Origin: an uncultured Thermodesulfobacteriota bacterium
Lineage (GTDB): Bacteria; Desulfobacterota; WTBG01
Assembly: GCA_964580455.1 (NCBI GenBank)
Contig: CAZOKO010000001.1
Location: forward strand, 2,992-66,991
Direction of reading: 5' to 3'
Length of the DNA stretch: 64,000 bases
Shown here: positions 50,660 to 60,293 of the stretch, piece by piece
Layout of the letters: every line of letters starts with the position of its first letter
How positions within the stretch are numbered: position 1 is the stretch's first letter
Translations under genes and position numbers: made by a program
Notes under the pieces: generated by a model
What the model was told of the DNA's origin: nothing
The model's input: only the letters and a program-made list of their open reading frames with translations
Databases searched by the model: none

Positions 50660-51259
50660 TTAAATTAAAATCAATTTCTCCTCTGTTACTCCTAAATCCC
50701 TAGCTTTTTTACAAATTTTTTCTTTGGAGGTCAAGGCAACAACTATCACCCGATCAAAATCAAAATCTTTAATTGACTCAACAGATTTAACCTTCTTTCC
50801 AAAGAAGTTTTTCCCCGTTTTAAAATCATCCACTACAGCTACTAAATCAAGTTTTGTTTCTTGTAAAGAAAGGTACGCAATTTCAGCAATCTCACCAGCT
50901 CCATAAAAAATAATCCTTTTAACCTTCTCCTTTTCTATTGCCAAAAAAACATTATTAAGTCTTAATCTCAAATCCTTATAGAAATTGAAGGAAAATTTCA
51001 TATACTCATAGGTAAGTTTGCTTTTCTCTGCTATTCCTTTGGGAGTCAAATTATAGATAATGCGGTTCTTGGGCATGGTATCCACCATGATATACCCTTT
51101 CTTGATTAACCTTTTTAGATACAAATTGGTTAATCCAAGGGCAATACCCAGCTTCCCGGATAGTTTTCTCTGGGTAAGGCTCTGGTCTTCTGAAACTTCC
51201 TCTAAGATACGATATGTTCGATGTGCTTCATTATCCATAAACAGTTCCAATATGTTCAA
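50660..51259 (-). CDS. winged-HTH transcriptional regulator with C-terminal Rossmann-like (Rex/CoA-binding-like) domain
   Basis: N-terminal wHTH (…LTQRKLSGKLGIALGLTNLYLKRLIKKGYI…). The C-terminal half has a GxGxxA/G-like turn (IIFYGAGEIAEIAY) and a βαβ pattern. Confidence 0.45.
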   Translation of the reverse strand: MNILELFMDNEAHRTYRILEEVSEDQSLTQRKLSGKLGIALGLTNLYLKRLIKKGYIMVDTMPKNRIIYNLTPKGIAEKSKLTYEYMKFSFNFYKDLRLRLNNVFLAIEKEKVKRIIFYGAGEIAEIAYLSLQETKLDLVAVVDDFKTGKNFFGKKVKSVESIKDFDFDRVIVVALTSKEKICKKARDLGVTEEKLILI

Positions 51260-51356
51260 TTTATGAACACTCTAACACAAAAAAAATACCTGTCAAGAAA
51301 TTTCCATGAGATTGCTTCTCTCCGTTTGCATTGATATTCCAAATGAACAACTTATA

Positions 51357-52847
51357 TCATTTACTATAGTCTTTAGTCCCACTCCTTTTTAACACACCCA
51401 CCAAACCCCTTAATGTTTCCGCCTGCTCCTGATTGGGACTGAGTTCTAAACTTCTTTGAAAGTGAAGCAGTGCTTTTTGATAATCTTTAAGATCATAGTA
51501 AAATAGAGCGCCTAAATTCTTATGAATTTCAGCAGAACCAGAATCAAGTTCTATTGCTTTTGAAAATAACCTGATTGCCTCCTGTATTTTATTATCCTTA
51601 TAGTATTTAATTGCGTGAGCATTTAATGTATTACCAAGGTGCTCATTCAGTGTTTTTTCATCATAACTGTTTATATCACCCACATCAATTTTCAAAGTGC
51701 CAGCTTCTTCCAGATATCTTAAAGCCTTTTCAGGCCACCCCCTTTTCAATGATGAAAGAGCAGCTTGCTTATATCGAAAATATTTCTCCCCTTCCGTTTT
51801 TCCCTTATGTAAACCAAGAGATGCACCATCCAAAACAATAAAGAATACCATACAAAAGGTTGTCAGGAACAAAACTGACTTCTCAAGTCTAGCTCTGGAT
51901 AGCCTCAAAAATACACTCAATAGTATAACTGATAAAAACAGCGCCAGAAGGGGAAGGAGAAGAAGAAAATAGTTCCACACAATGAGAACAAGAGAAACAC
52001 ATGAGGTCACTATAATTTTCCTTTTCATTTTAACAGAATCAATTAATGCAGCTACCCCAAAGGAAAGAATTATGTTACAGTTTAAAATAAAACGATGTCC
52101 AAAAGAGGCCTCATTTAAGAAGCCAGAACAAATTACCAGGGAGGTAAGCAGGCATAGGGAAAATATTATACTCACCCTTTTCTCCATTTTTATGAAAACA
52201 GCTAAGCCAATGAGCCCAAAAATCCATGCCGGCTCAGTTATAAAAACACCCCAATCCTTTCCTACAAAAACATATAAGATGTTTTGAAATATGTTCGTTA
52301 GAGTAAATGATACATGGCTTGCGGGTGGAAGAAGTTTACCCAATATAGTACCCCAGGCAACCAGTTGCGGCAATACAACAACAATATAAGCAACAACCAT
52401 CAACAGTACATTTCTTCCTAATAACTTCAATTCGCTAAATTTTCTCTCGTAAAAACCTCTTATTGCCTGAACAAGAAAATCGAGAAATGGAATCAAAAGA
52501 AACATTCCTGTATTTAGACGAATACTGCAAAGCATTCCCGCCGAAATTCCTAAAAGAAGATAGCCTAAAGCATTCTTGCATTTACTTCTGTACAAAACCC
52601 AGCTGTAAATGAAAAGCACCATCAACAGAAATTTCCCTGAGTGAGACATTCTCTGACGGATAAATGTGTAATAAGGAAGAGGGGTGCTGAAAAAGAGAGT
52701 TATGGTAGCAATAAGAGAAGCCTTCTCAGAGAAATATTTTTCAGAAGAGAAAAATTGAGGATCAATCCCAGGAAAACGCAAAGGCTTGATCCTATTCCCA
52801 CTAAAGCATGGTAGGGGAAAGCATATCCATCCACACCAACCTGGCAA
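51357..52847 (-). CDS. polytopic membrane protein with C-terminal TPR repeats (TMTC/PMT-like architecture); possibly the 3' part of a disrupted gene
   Basis: More than 8 TM helices followed by ~4 TPR units. The ORF-track start is a TTG and the N-terminus is ambiguous. See the adjacent fragment 52901–53272. Confidence 0.45.
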   Translation of the reverse strand: MPGWCGWICFPLPCFSGNRIKPLRFPGIDPQFFSSEKYFSEKASLIATITLFFSTPLPYYTFIRQRMSHSGKFLLMVLFIYSWVLYRSKCKNALGYLLLGISAGMLCSIRLNTGMFLLIPFLDFLVQAIRGFYERKFSELKLLGRNVLLMVVAYIVVVLPQLVAWGTILGKLLPPASHVSFTLTNIFQNILYVFVGKDWGVFITEPAWIFGLIGLAVFIKMEKRVSIIFSLCLLTSLVICSGFLNEASFGHRFILNCNIILSFGVAALIDSVKMKRKIIVTSCVSLVLIVWNYFLLLLPLLALFLSVILLSVFLRLSRARLEKSVLFLTTFCMVFFIVLDGASLGLHKGKTEGEKYFRYKQAALSSLKRGWPEKALRYLEEAGTLKIDVGDINSYDEKTLNEHLGNTLNAHAIKYYKDNKIQEAIRLFSKAIELDSGSAEIHKNLGALFYYDLKDYQKALLHFQRSLELSPNQEQAETLRGLVGVLKRSGTKDYSK

Positions 52848-52900
52848 CCCAAAAAACTATAGATTGAAGCAATAGCATGTCCTATGAGAAAGAAGGGAAT

Positions 52901-53272
52901 CTACAAAACAGCCGACCCGATAGACCAGTAATTGATGCTATACCCTGTAGGTGTTATGGTATCAAAATGGTAGTACCCCTTCTCATTGAAAAAACCAATG
53001 TCGCAGTCAAAAAAAGCAGACCGCAAATAGGCGTAGTAACCCGCATCATCACCAGCATCAATTTTGGTAATAGAATAATATCCGGTATGCTCTCCGGGAT
53101 TAATCCAAGCACTAAAAGTACCAAGGGGTGTTAAGAGGAGAAATGAGAAATAAAATACTAATAAAATTATGAGGTATGAACCATTACGCTGAAGGAATGT
53201 TGGACGGCCGTTATTCTTTAAACATTTTTGATGACCTTTCCTACTTGCAATGTCGTGGGTTGATTTATTCAC
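52901..53272 (-). pseudogene. N-terminal fragment (TM helix + acidic DAGDDAGYY loop) possibly belonging to the 51357–52847 gene via a frameshift
   Basis: 123-aa ORF directly upstream in a different frame, with a 54-bp gap. Its TM segment plus DD-containing first loop is what the N-terminus of a GT-C/TMTC-like protein would look like. Confidence 0.3.
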
Positions 53273-53299
53273 ACACGGCTTTTTTTTCGCTTCGAATTT

Positions 53300-54277
53300 T
53301 TACTCATAGAGCTGGTACTTAACCCGCCACAAATCACATCTACCACAGATTCTATTGTGGTTTTCTCTAAAGTCTTCAAACTCTTTGCTTTTCCATATTT
53401 CTCTCAGTTCTTTTTCAAAGAGATTTCCCAATCTGTATTTGGGCATACCACAGCAGGGAGTAACTTCAGCCTTTTGATTGATATAAACATAATCATAAAG
53501 TCTCAAACAGTACTTCCCAGAGCGATGAAGAATTGACTTCAAGATTTTATAGCTAACTCTTGCAAGTCCATCAAAAAGGGCATACTGAATACTGTCTACC
53601 CGGATATCGAGTTTCTTTCCCAAACGATCCGCCTCTTGTAAAACTATTCTTTCCTCCTCTGCAGAAGGTCTCTTAATATCACCATTAAATCTAGCATCCA
53701 GTCTTCCAATATTTATCCTTTCAACCCCTGCCTGCTTGCCAAATTGTATCACATCGTAAATATCCTCCCCCTTATCCTTATGCAGCGTGGTTTGGAGGGT
53801 AACTGCAGGAATAATCCCATTGCGTTCTTTCACTAAATCTCTAACATGCTTCAATACATCAAGATCCGAGTGCCCAGCCTCACTAACTCTCTTAACACTC
53901 TCTATAGAAATAGTAATTCCATCCAGGCCTGATGTGATCACTTGATGTCGAAAATCGGGGGTTAATAGAGAGCCGTTGGTTGTCAGTTTTACACTATAGC
54001 CCCTTACTTTACAGTAGGCAATCATTTCAAAAATATGGGGATGTATCAGAGGCTCTCCCCAGCCGGTTAGTGTAAGCTGTTTAACTCCTCTTAGCCGGCT
54101 AATAATCTTTTTAAAAGTCTCAAGTGGCATATCCTCTTTGAGAACCTTAAAATGATCCCTTGGGCACATTATACAATTGAGATTACACCTGTTGGTTATC
54201 TCAATTTGCGCCTGACAGGGATAATCAGGAATTATATAAAAAAGCCTCCCCAGGGTTTCTTTTGCAATATCTTTCAT
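53300..54277 (-). CDS. radical SAM protein with C-terminal SPASM/twitch-like Cys cluster
   Basis: CNLNCIMC (Cx3Cx2C) near the N-terminus. The C-terminus has …CCGMPKY…CGRCDLW…. Confidence 0.65.
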   Translation of the reverse strand: MKDIAKETLGRLFYIIPDYPCQAQIEITNRCNLNCIMCPRDHFKVLKEDMPLETFKKIISRLRGVKQLTLTGWGEPLIHPHIFEMIAYCKVRGYSVKLTTNGSLLTPDFRHQVITSGLDGITISIESVKRVSEAGHSDLDVLKHVRDLVKERNGIIPAVTLQTTLHKDKGEDIYDVIQFGKQAGVERINIGRLDARFNGDIKRPSAEEERIVLQEADRLGKKLDIRVDSIQYALFDGLARVSYKILKSILHRSGKYCLRLYDYVYINQKAEVTPCCGMPKYRLGNLFEKELREIWKSKEFEDFRENHNRICGRCDLWRVKYQLYE

Positions 54278-55296
54278 TAAATATAGCTTTTAATCAGTTT
54301 CCAGTAAAAATTTAATACTGGGCTTAATCCCTTGTCCAGCAAAGGGTGTTTTATACCACCAATACGAAGTATCCCGACAAAAAGGCAAATAATTTTACTG
54401 TCCTCAACCCTTCTCAATGCTCTGGTGATTCTTCGCTTTTTTAGAATAGAAGGGAATAAACACACTATTTCAAAGTAACTTTTACACTTAAGAATAAACC
54501 ATCCGGTAGTAAGAGCAAAACAAAGCTCAGCCATCTCTACCAGAATCAAAGCCGGAAAGATAAGTAGCAGTGTTTTAAGCTGATAATTCTTTAACAACAG
54601 TTGCAGCCGATTCTTTTCCGAATGATAAAATTTTTTGGGGTTTTTGCTGAAGTGGTATTTATGATACATAACCGCTTCAGGATTAACCATAAGTTTTTTA
54701 CCTGACAGTCTTATCCTCCAAGAGAGATCGTGGTCTTCATGGTACATAAAAAAGTCCTGATCAAAACCTCCCACCTGATTAAAAAGCTCTCGCTTAACTA
54801 AAAATATTCCACCGCAGGCAGTCTCCTCAATTTGCATATGAGCTCTATCTTCTTCGTCAATATATTTAGGACAAGCTAAACCAAGATAGTTGATAATATT
54901 TCCAAAAGAGTTGATTTTATTCCTATCATTAAAGTATAAAATTTTAGGGACTACTGCCCCCACCTTTTCATCTTCAATTATGTCGACCATCTTTTCTACA
55001 CAACACTCATCCAGGTAAAGATCATTATTTAAGAACAGAACATACTCACCACTCGAACATTCAACCCCTCTATTAACTGCAGGGCCAAATCCCATATTAT
55101 CCGGGTTAACGAGCACATTTACTACAGGAAAGAAGTCCTTCATATACTCAACCGATCCATCAACTGAGGCATTATCAATCAGCAACAGTTCCAGAGGAGT
55201 GTATGTCTGTTTCTTTAATGAAATAAAACAATCCTCAAGATGCTCCTTCCCGTTCCAATTTACCACAATGATGGATACTAACTTCTTTTTTGTCAT
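54277..55296 (-). CDS. family 2 glycosyltransferase (rhamnosyltransferase-like)
   Basis: …VSIIVVNWNGKEHLEDCF…LLLIDNASVDGS…. Confidence 0.7.
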   Translation of the reverse strand: MTKKKLVSIIVVNWNGKEHLEDCFISLKKQTYTPLELLLIDNASVDGSVEYMKDFFPVVNVLVNPDNMGFGPAVNRGVECSSGEYVLFLNNDLYLDECCVEKMVDIIEDEKVGAVVPKILYFNDRNKINSFGNIINYLGLACPKYIDEEDRAHMQIEETACGGIFLVKRELFNQVGGFDQDFFMYHEDHDLSWRIRLSGKKLMVNPEAVMYHKYHFSKNPKKFYHSEKNRLQLLLKNYQLKTLLLIFPALILVEMAELCFALTTGWFILKCKSYFEIVCLFPSILKKRRITRALRRVEDSKIICLFVGILRIGGIKHPLLDKGLSPVLNFYWKLIKSYI

Positions 55297-55303
55297 ATTT
55301 CAC

Positions 55304-55526
55304 TCGATACACGATTCAAGATTCACGATGCATGATTCATGATACACGATGGTATTTTATAACTGCCTCTCTAAAGTTATAGAGCTTTGCACCTAATTCT
55401 TCATATCTATGAAAAAATCTTTCGAAAATGTCTTTCTCAAGTGATTCAGTTTCATAAGCATCTCTAAATGAACTTTAGTTTCATTCCTGCATCCTGTATC
55501 CTCTATCCTGCATCCTGCTTGTATCA
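55304..55526. repeat. composite intergenic element E2: inverted tandem-heptamer arrays (GATNCAN x6 … ATCCTGY x5) flanking a ~130-bp AT-rich core
   Basis: Left arm gatacacgattcaagattcacgatgcatgattcatgatacacgatgg. Right arm attcctgcatcctgtatcctctatcctgcatcctgc. Confidence 0.7.
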
Positions 55527-55925
55527 TAATATCTTTTCATAAAAAGTATCGGAGTCTTTTTCATTATAGGGTTCATCAATGTAGATAAGCAGATACATCA
55601 TCTCACTGCCTGTGTTTTCAATCGCATGGGATACATGAGGAGGAATTCTTACTGTTTTAAGATGATGCTCACTCAATCTCAACTCTTCTCGCTCTCCTGA
55701 ATGCATATCTACCAGCACAAGTCGTGCTTCACCCTTAAGCACGCAATACCACTCAAATTTTCGCTTATGGTAGTGGTTCCCTTTCACATAACCAGGATAG
55801 GCAGTAGTTACCATAAATTGCCCAAACTCTTTTTCTCTGATCAATTCCTCTTTGCGGACAATCTCAGCCAACCAGCCCCGTTCATCCTTTTTTGTATCAA
55901 GTGAATTAACCTCAACTCCCTTCAT
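55524..55925 (-). CDS. cupin-fold sugar-nucleotide isomerase/epimerase-like protein (FdtA/WxcM-C-like)
   Basis: 133-aa double-stranded β-helix with His-rich metal/sugar-binding strands (…GNHYHKRKFEWYCVLKGEARL…PPHVSHAIEN…). Confidence 0.45.
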   Translation of the reverse strand: MKGVEVNSLDTKKDERGWLAEIVRKEELIREKEFGQFMVTTAYPGYVKGNHYHKRKFEWYCVLKGEARLVLVDMHSGEREELRLSEHHLKTVRIPPHVSHAIENTGSEMMYLLIYIDEPYNEKDSDTFYEKIL

Positions 55926-56049
55926 CTACTATTCCTCTTGAAACTATTTATACAGGATAATAGAATTGACAAGATAATTTCTAAATCCTGTTCACTCTAT
56001 TACCCTATTAAGTATTTTTCCTATTCAAATCCGCAAGATTTTAGACCAG

Positions 56050-56919
56050 CTATTTCCTCCTAAACCATTCATAGGTCATCTTCAAGCCATCTTTAATCTC
56101 CATCTGGGGACTCCAGTTAAATTGCTCCCTGCATTTGGTATTATCTCCCCACCAAATTATCTCATTATCCTGCGAGTCATCCTTATATTCCACCTCGATT
56201 ATTTTTCCTGAAATCTCAGATAACATCTCGATAATCTGATTGACAGTTACTACTTTTCCAGAACAGAGGTTGACTATTTCTACTCCTTCTTGTTTATAGT
56301 TTATAACTTGTAAAAGCACCTGGATCACATCACTGATATAAAGAAAATCTCTGCCCTGCTTACCAGAACCATACACAGTAAACGGCTTATTCTGGGTTAA
56401 AAGATCAGAAAAAGTAGAAATCACCGAATTATAGTAGGGTTTACACCCGGGCCCAAAGAAATTTGACCCCCTGAAAATAATACTTCTGATTTGATAACAG
56501 GAAATTATTTCTTCAGCAGTTTTTTTAGAAACGCCATAAATGTTTTCAGGGGATGCAGGGTGGAGTTCGTTTATAATGCCTGACTTCTCTGGTACCTGAT
56601 ATACCTGAAAAGAAGACAGGTAAACCAATTGAACATCACGTTTGGCGTAAGCAGTTATAGCTTCCAGGACATTTAAGGTGCCAAGGACATTTGTTTTGAT
56701 CAGATTTTCCTTAGTATCTCTGTTTACACCGGCCAGATGAAAGATTACTTCTTTATCTTCCACAAAGGACTTCATACTTTCCATTTGAAAAAGGTTGTAT
56801 TTCTTTTTATCAAAAGGTTCAACCTCTACCTCAGGCATAGAGATTAAAGCATTCAGTAAATGTCTGCCAACAAAACCATAAGCTCCTGTAATACCAATCT
56901 TCATTGCGATCTGATCCAC
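56050..56919 (-). CDS. NAD(P)-dependent epimerase/dehydratase/reductase (SDR, short form)
   Basis: GITGAYGFVG Rossmann motif over 289 aa. Confidence 0.65.
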   Translation of the reverse strand: MDQIAMKIGITGAYGFVGRHLLNALISMPEVEVEPFDKKKYNLFQMESMKSFVEDKEVIFHLAGVNRDTKENLIKTNVLGTLNVLEAITAYAKRDVQLVYLSSFQVYQVPEKSGIINELHPASPENIYGVSKKTAEEIISCYQIRSIIFRGSNFFGPGCKPYYNSVISTFSDLLTQNKPFTVYGSGKQGRDFLYISDVIQVLLQVINYKQEGVEIVNLCSGKVVTVNQIIEMLSEISGKIIEVEYKDDSQDNEIIWWGDNTKCREQFNWSPQMEIKDGLKMTYEWFRRK

Positions 56920-57842
56920 TCCTCGGTTCTGGCAATCCCCTCTTTAAGACTTACGTTAGGTTTCCATCCCAAAAGTGATTTAGCCTTAGAGTAATCACAG
57001 CAAAGCCTGGCTATCTCTGATTGAGGATGGTGGTGGGGAATATGTTTTATCCTGTTCCTATCCTGACAAACAAGCAGTGCAAGTTCATTGATCGAGATAT
57101 CCTCACCCGTTCCCGCATTTACTACATGGCCAATAGCCTCTTCAGCAAAAGATGCTTCCAGGAGAAAATCTGCACAATCCTCTACATAGAGGAGGTCACG
57201 GGTTTGAGTGCCATCACCAAATATCTCCAGGTCCTTCCCCTCCAAGTACCTCTTAATAAAAATGGAAACCACTCCCCCCTCCATATTACTTTTTTGAAAA
57301 GGGCCATAGGTATTAAATGGTCTGCAAACAACCACAGGTAAACCATACCCATAATAGTAGGACTCCGCCAAATTCTCTGCTGCCAGTTTAGAACCGGCAT
57401 AAGGCGAAACGGGTTTCACCTGGTGCTGCTCATTGATAGCATTAGAAGAATGAACCAGATCATAGACCATACAGGTACCAACCAGAACGACTTTTGTTTT
57501 ATAGTTGCGAGCCTCTTCTAATATATTATAGGTCCCTGTTATATTGGTAGTAAATGCCTTTTCCGGATCGTCGAGGCTTTCCTGCACATTAATCTGGGCT
57601 GCCAGGTGAATACAGAGATCAAAGTGGTTAAGAAAAAGTTTCCTTATTAAATCTCTTTCTCTTATATCTCCCTTGATAAATTCCCTGTAAGCATCACTGC
57701 GTCGCAGTCCTCTCAGATTATCTTCACTCCCGTTGGACAGGTTATCGAGCACCCATACTTCGATATCTTTGTCCATTTCAAGCAACCCCTTAACAACCCA
57801 CCTTCCTATAAATCCCGCCCCACCGGTAACCAGTACCTTCAT
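56901..57842 (-). CDS. NAD-dependent nucleotide-sugar epimerase/dehydratase (SDR)
   Basis: [15 protein letters not shown] and a YAGSK catalytic region. Confidence 0.7.
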   Translation of the reverse strand: MKVLVTGGAGFIGRWVVKGLLEMDKDIEVWVLDNLSNGSEDNLRGLRRSDAYREFIKGDIRERDLIRKLFLNHFDLCIHLAAQINVQESLDDPEKAFTTNITGTYNILEEARNYKTKVVLVGTCMVYDLVHSSNAINEQHQVKPVSPYAGSKLAAENLAESYYYGYGLPVVVCRPFNTYGPFQKSNMEGGVVSIFIKRYLEGKDLEIFGDGTQTRDLLYVEDCADFLLEASFAEEAIGHVVNAGTGEDISINELALLVCQDRNRIKHIPHHHPQSEIARLCCDYSKAKSLLGWKPNVSLKEGIARTEEWIRSQ

Positions 57843-58798
57843 TTAATATGCCTCCGATACCATTCAGCAGTTCTTTTTAGTCCTTCTTCCAGGGAATACT
57901 GAGGCTCCCATCCAGTCTTCTTTTTAATTTCAGAATAGTCCGCCTCTAGCGACATGAGATCAGCTGATCGCCCTTTTTGGTAAACAATCTCAGAAGTTGA
58001 ACCTGTTATGTCTAAAATTATCCTTGTCAAATCTTTAATGGAAGTCTGTTTACCCGTTCCAATATTGAAAATTTCACCGGCCAATTCCCTACCTCTCTCG
58101 ACAACCAATACATAAGCATGAACAGCATCCTTTACATACTGAAAATCCCTTGTCTGCTCTCCTTGATTATGGATAACAAGAGGTTCCCCTTTAAGAGCTT
58201 TGACCAGATAGTTAGAGATTACACCAGCATTTCCACTTATATCCTGGTTTTCACCAAAAGTATTAAAATTCCTCAATATGACAACCGGGTATTTATACCA
58301 CTGATACATGGCATAGCAATGCTTTTCTGCTGCTAATTTGGTTACCGCATAGATACTTCGAGGAAGCATGGGATGATTAATATCCATAGGGGTATAAATA
58401 GGATTACCATAGACCTCCGGTGAAGAGGCATAAATAAGAAGAGGCCATTTTTTCACTCTCACCAGTGTCTGCATAAATCGAAAGGTTCCATATTCATTAT
58501 TCTTAAAATAATCTTCCTGCCTCTCCATGGATTCTGGAATGGAGATATGTGCAGCTAAATGCACTACCACATCCAGATTCATCTGGTCAATCTCTTCAAA
58601 GGTTAAATCATAAAACTTCCCTTCTATGAGCTTAAACTTTTGTTTAAACTGTTCTGATTTGATAAAGGGGTCTTTTTCGAAATATTCTCGGGAGAAATCA
58701 TCAATCCCTATCACCTGACTAACATCTTCTCTCTTTACCAGTTCATCCACTAGATGAACACCATAAAGACCTGCAGCACCCGTAATTAAAATTCTCAT
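57839..58798 (-). CDS. NAD-dependent nucleotide-sugar epimerase/dehydratase (SDR)
   Basis: ILITGAAGLYGVHLV and a YAVTK catalytic region. Start trimmed to MRILITG. Confidence 0.7.
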   Translation of the reverse strand: MRILITGAAGLYGVHLVDELVKREDVSQVIGIDDFSREYFEKDPFIKSEQFKQKFKLIEGKFYDLTFEEIDQMNLDVVVHLAAHISIPESMERQEDYFKNNEYGTFRFMQTLVRVKKWPLLIYASSPEVYGNPIYTPMDINHPMLPRSIYAVTKLAAEKHCYAMYQWYKYPVVILRNFNTFGENQDISGNAGVISNYLVKALKGEPLVIHNQGEQTRDFQYVKDAVHAYVLVVERGRELAGEIFNIGTGKQTSIKDLTRIILDITGSTSEIVYQKGRSADLMSLEADYSEIKKKTGWEPQYSLEEGLKRTAEWYRRHIK

Positions 58799-58856
58799 TC
58801 CTACTCCTTTCCTCACTTTTCAGTCAATTAAATGCCCTCTAGTAGCTAGCCAATTC

Positions 58857-60293
58857 TCATCTTCTCACAGGGAATACTGTTATAAGAAAGGCATAAAAAC
58901 CTTTTAAAATCCTGAAAATATTACCGGGATTTTTAACCATCCTTAAGAAATAATTCCAAATAATGCGTGGTCTCAAATAAAATTCTTTTAACATCCTTCT
59001 AGTACTGCTGTTGAGTATCTCTTCATCCAAACCTTTCGGAATAAAAACAGGCTGCAGCAGATTCATTTTATCCCAACTATTTGTAAAAACCCCATACTGG
59101 TGAGCAATCTCATAAAGTTCTGAGCCCGGGAAAGGGGTAAGCATCATTACACTGATATCATTCAGAGGTATCTTTTTAGCAAGATTTATTGTCTTAGAAA
59201 TGGTTTCCTCACTTTCAAGAGGATGACCTACCATAAAGAACCCCTTTGTCAGGATTCCCGCTTCTCTGGTCCATGCAACCGCCTGCTCCACCTGAGCTAA
59301 ATCAATCTTTTTCTTCTCCAGGTCAAGAATATGCTGTGCTCCACTTTCAATACCGTACCCTATCTCCCAACACCCGGCTTTGTGCATCAGTTCTAATATC
59401 TCCGGGGTTACCATGTCTACTCTCCCCAGACAGGACCAGGAGAGGTCAAGCTTTTCTCTCAAAATAGACTCGCATATTTTAATTAATCTTGATTTAAACA
59501 TTACAAAGGTATCATCTTCTATTAGTAATTCTTTTATCCCATATCCATAAACCAGCTCCTTAATCCAGTTGATGATATACTCGGAACTGAAAGCTCGACA
59601 GCGATTGCCAAAGACCGATCGGTCACAAAAGATGCACCGATTAGGACACCCCCTGCTGGTTACAATAGCTGCAGCAGGAAAACGTGCCATCTTGAAAGGA
59701 GGAGGATGAAATGCCCTGGGGAAGCCCTCAAGAAGATCATGGGCCGGAAAAGGGAGCTGATCCAAATCTTCAATTAACTCTCTCGAAGAAGTAAGCTTAA
59801 GAGACCTATCCTCGCCTTCCCCCTCTCTATATATAACACCTTTAACTGTTTCCAGTTTTTCCCCATTTTCTAATGCTTTCAACAATTCAACTATGGTTGT
59901 CTCACCTTCTCCAACAACACCTACATCAAAGTCAGAAAAACGCTCCATGGTCTCCTGAGGTGCCGAAGTAATATGGGGCCCCCCAACAATAATTGTAATA
60001 TTCTCATCAATCAGTTTTATACATCCTGCCAGTTGAGCTGCAGTACCGATTGAGAAGGTAGTAGCAGATAGCCCTACATGGCAGGGCTTAATCTCCCTGA
60101 TTTTCTGGAGCACCTGCCCCTGATCTAAATCCCTGGCAGCAGCCTCAATTACTAAGGAGTCAAATCCATACTTCCTGGTTACGGCAGCAAGTGAGATTAT
60201 ACCCAGCGAAGGCATCGCATTGCCCGCCTTAGCCCATGAACCGTATCGCGCTTCGAGGGATAAGGGGGGGGTCATAAAAATTATACTACTCAT
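58857..60293 (-). CDS. B12-binding-domain radical SAM protein (class B), second copy
   Basis: Cobalamin-binding N-domain plus SRGCPNRCIFCD. Confidence 0.7.
   Translation of the reverse strand: MSSIIFMTPPLSLEARYGSWAKAGNAMPSLGIISLAAVTRKYGFDSLVIEAAARDLDQGQVLQKIREIKPCHVGLSATTFSIGTAAQLAGCIKLIDENITIIVGGPHITSAPQETMERFSDFDVGVVGEGETTIVELLKALENGEKLETVKGVIYREGEGEDRSLKLTSSRELIEDLDQLPFPAHDLLEGFPRAFHPPPFKMARFPAAAIVTSRGCPNRCIFCDRSVFGNRCRAFSSEYIINWIKELVYGYGIKELLIEDDTFVMFKSRLIKICESILREKLDLSWSCLGRVDMVTPEILELMHKAGCWEIGYGIESGAQHILDLEKKKIDLAQVEQAVAWTREAGILTKGFFMVGHPLESEETISKTINLAKKIPLNDISVMMLTPFPGSELYEIAHQYGVFTNSWDKMNLLQPVFIPKGLDEEILNSSTRRMLKEFYLRPRIIWNYFLRMVKNPGNIFRILKGFYAFLITVFPVRR

Noticed and set aside
53300-54277. 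Anaerobic sulfatase-maturating enzyme (rSAM-SPASM) partnering the sulfotransferase theme
   Set aside because: No sulfatase (formylglycine-motif C/SxPxR protein) is encoded nearby, and the N-terminal motif context is generic. It is kept as an uncharacterised rSAM/SPASM enzyme.
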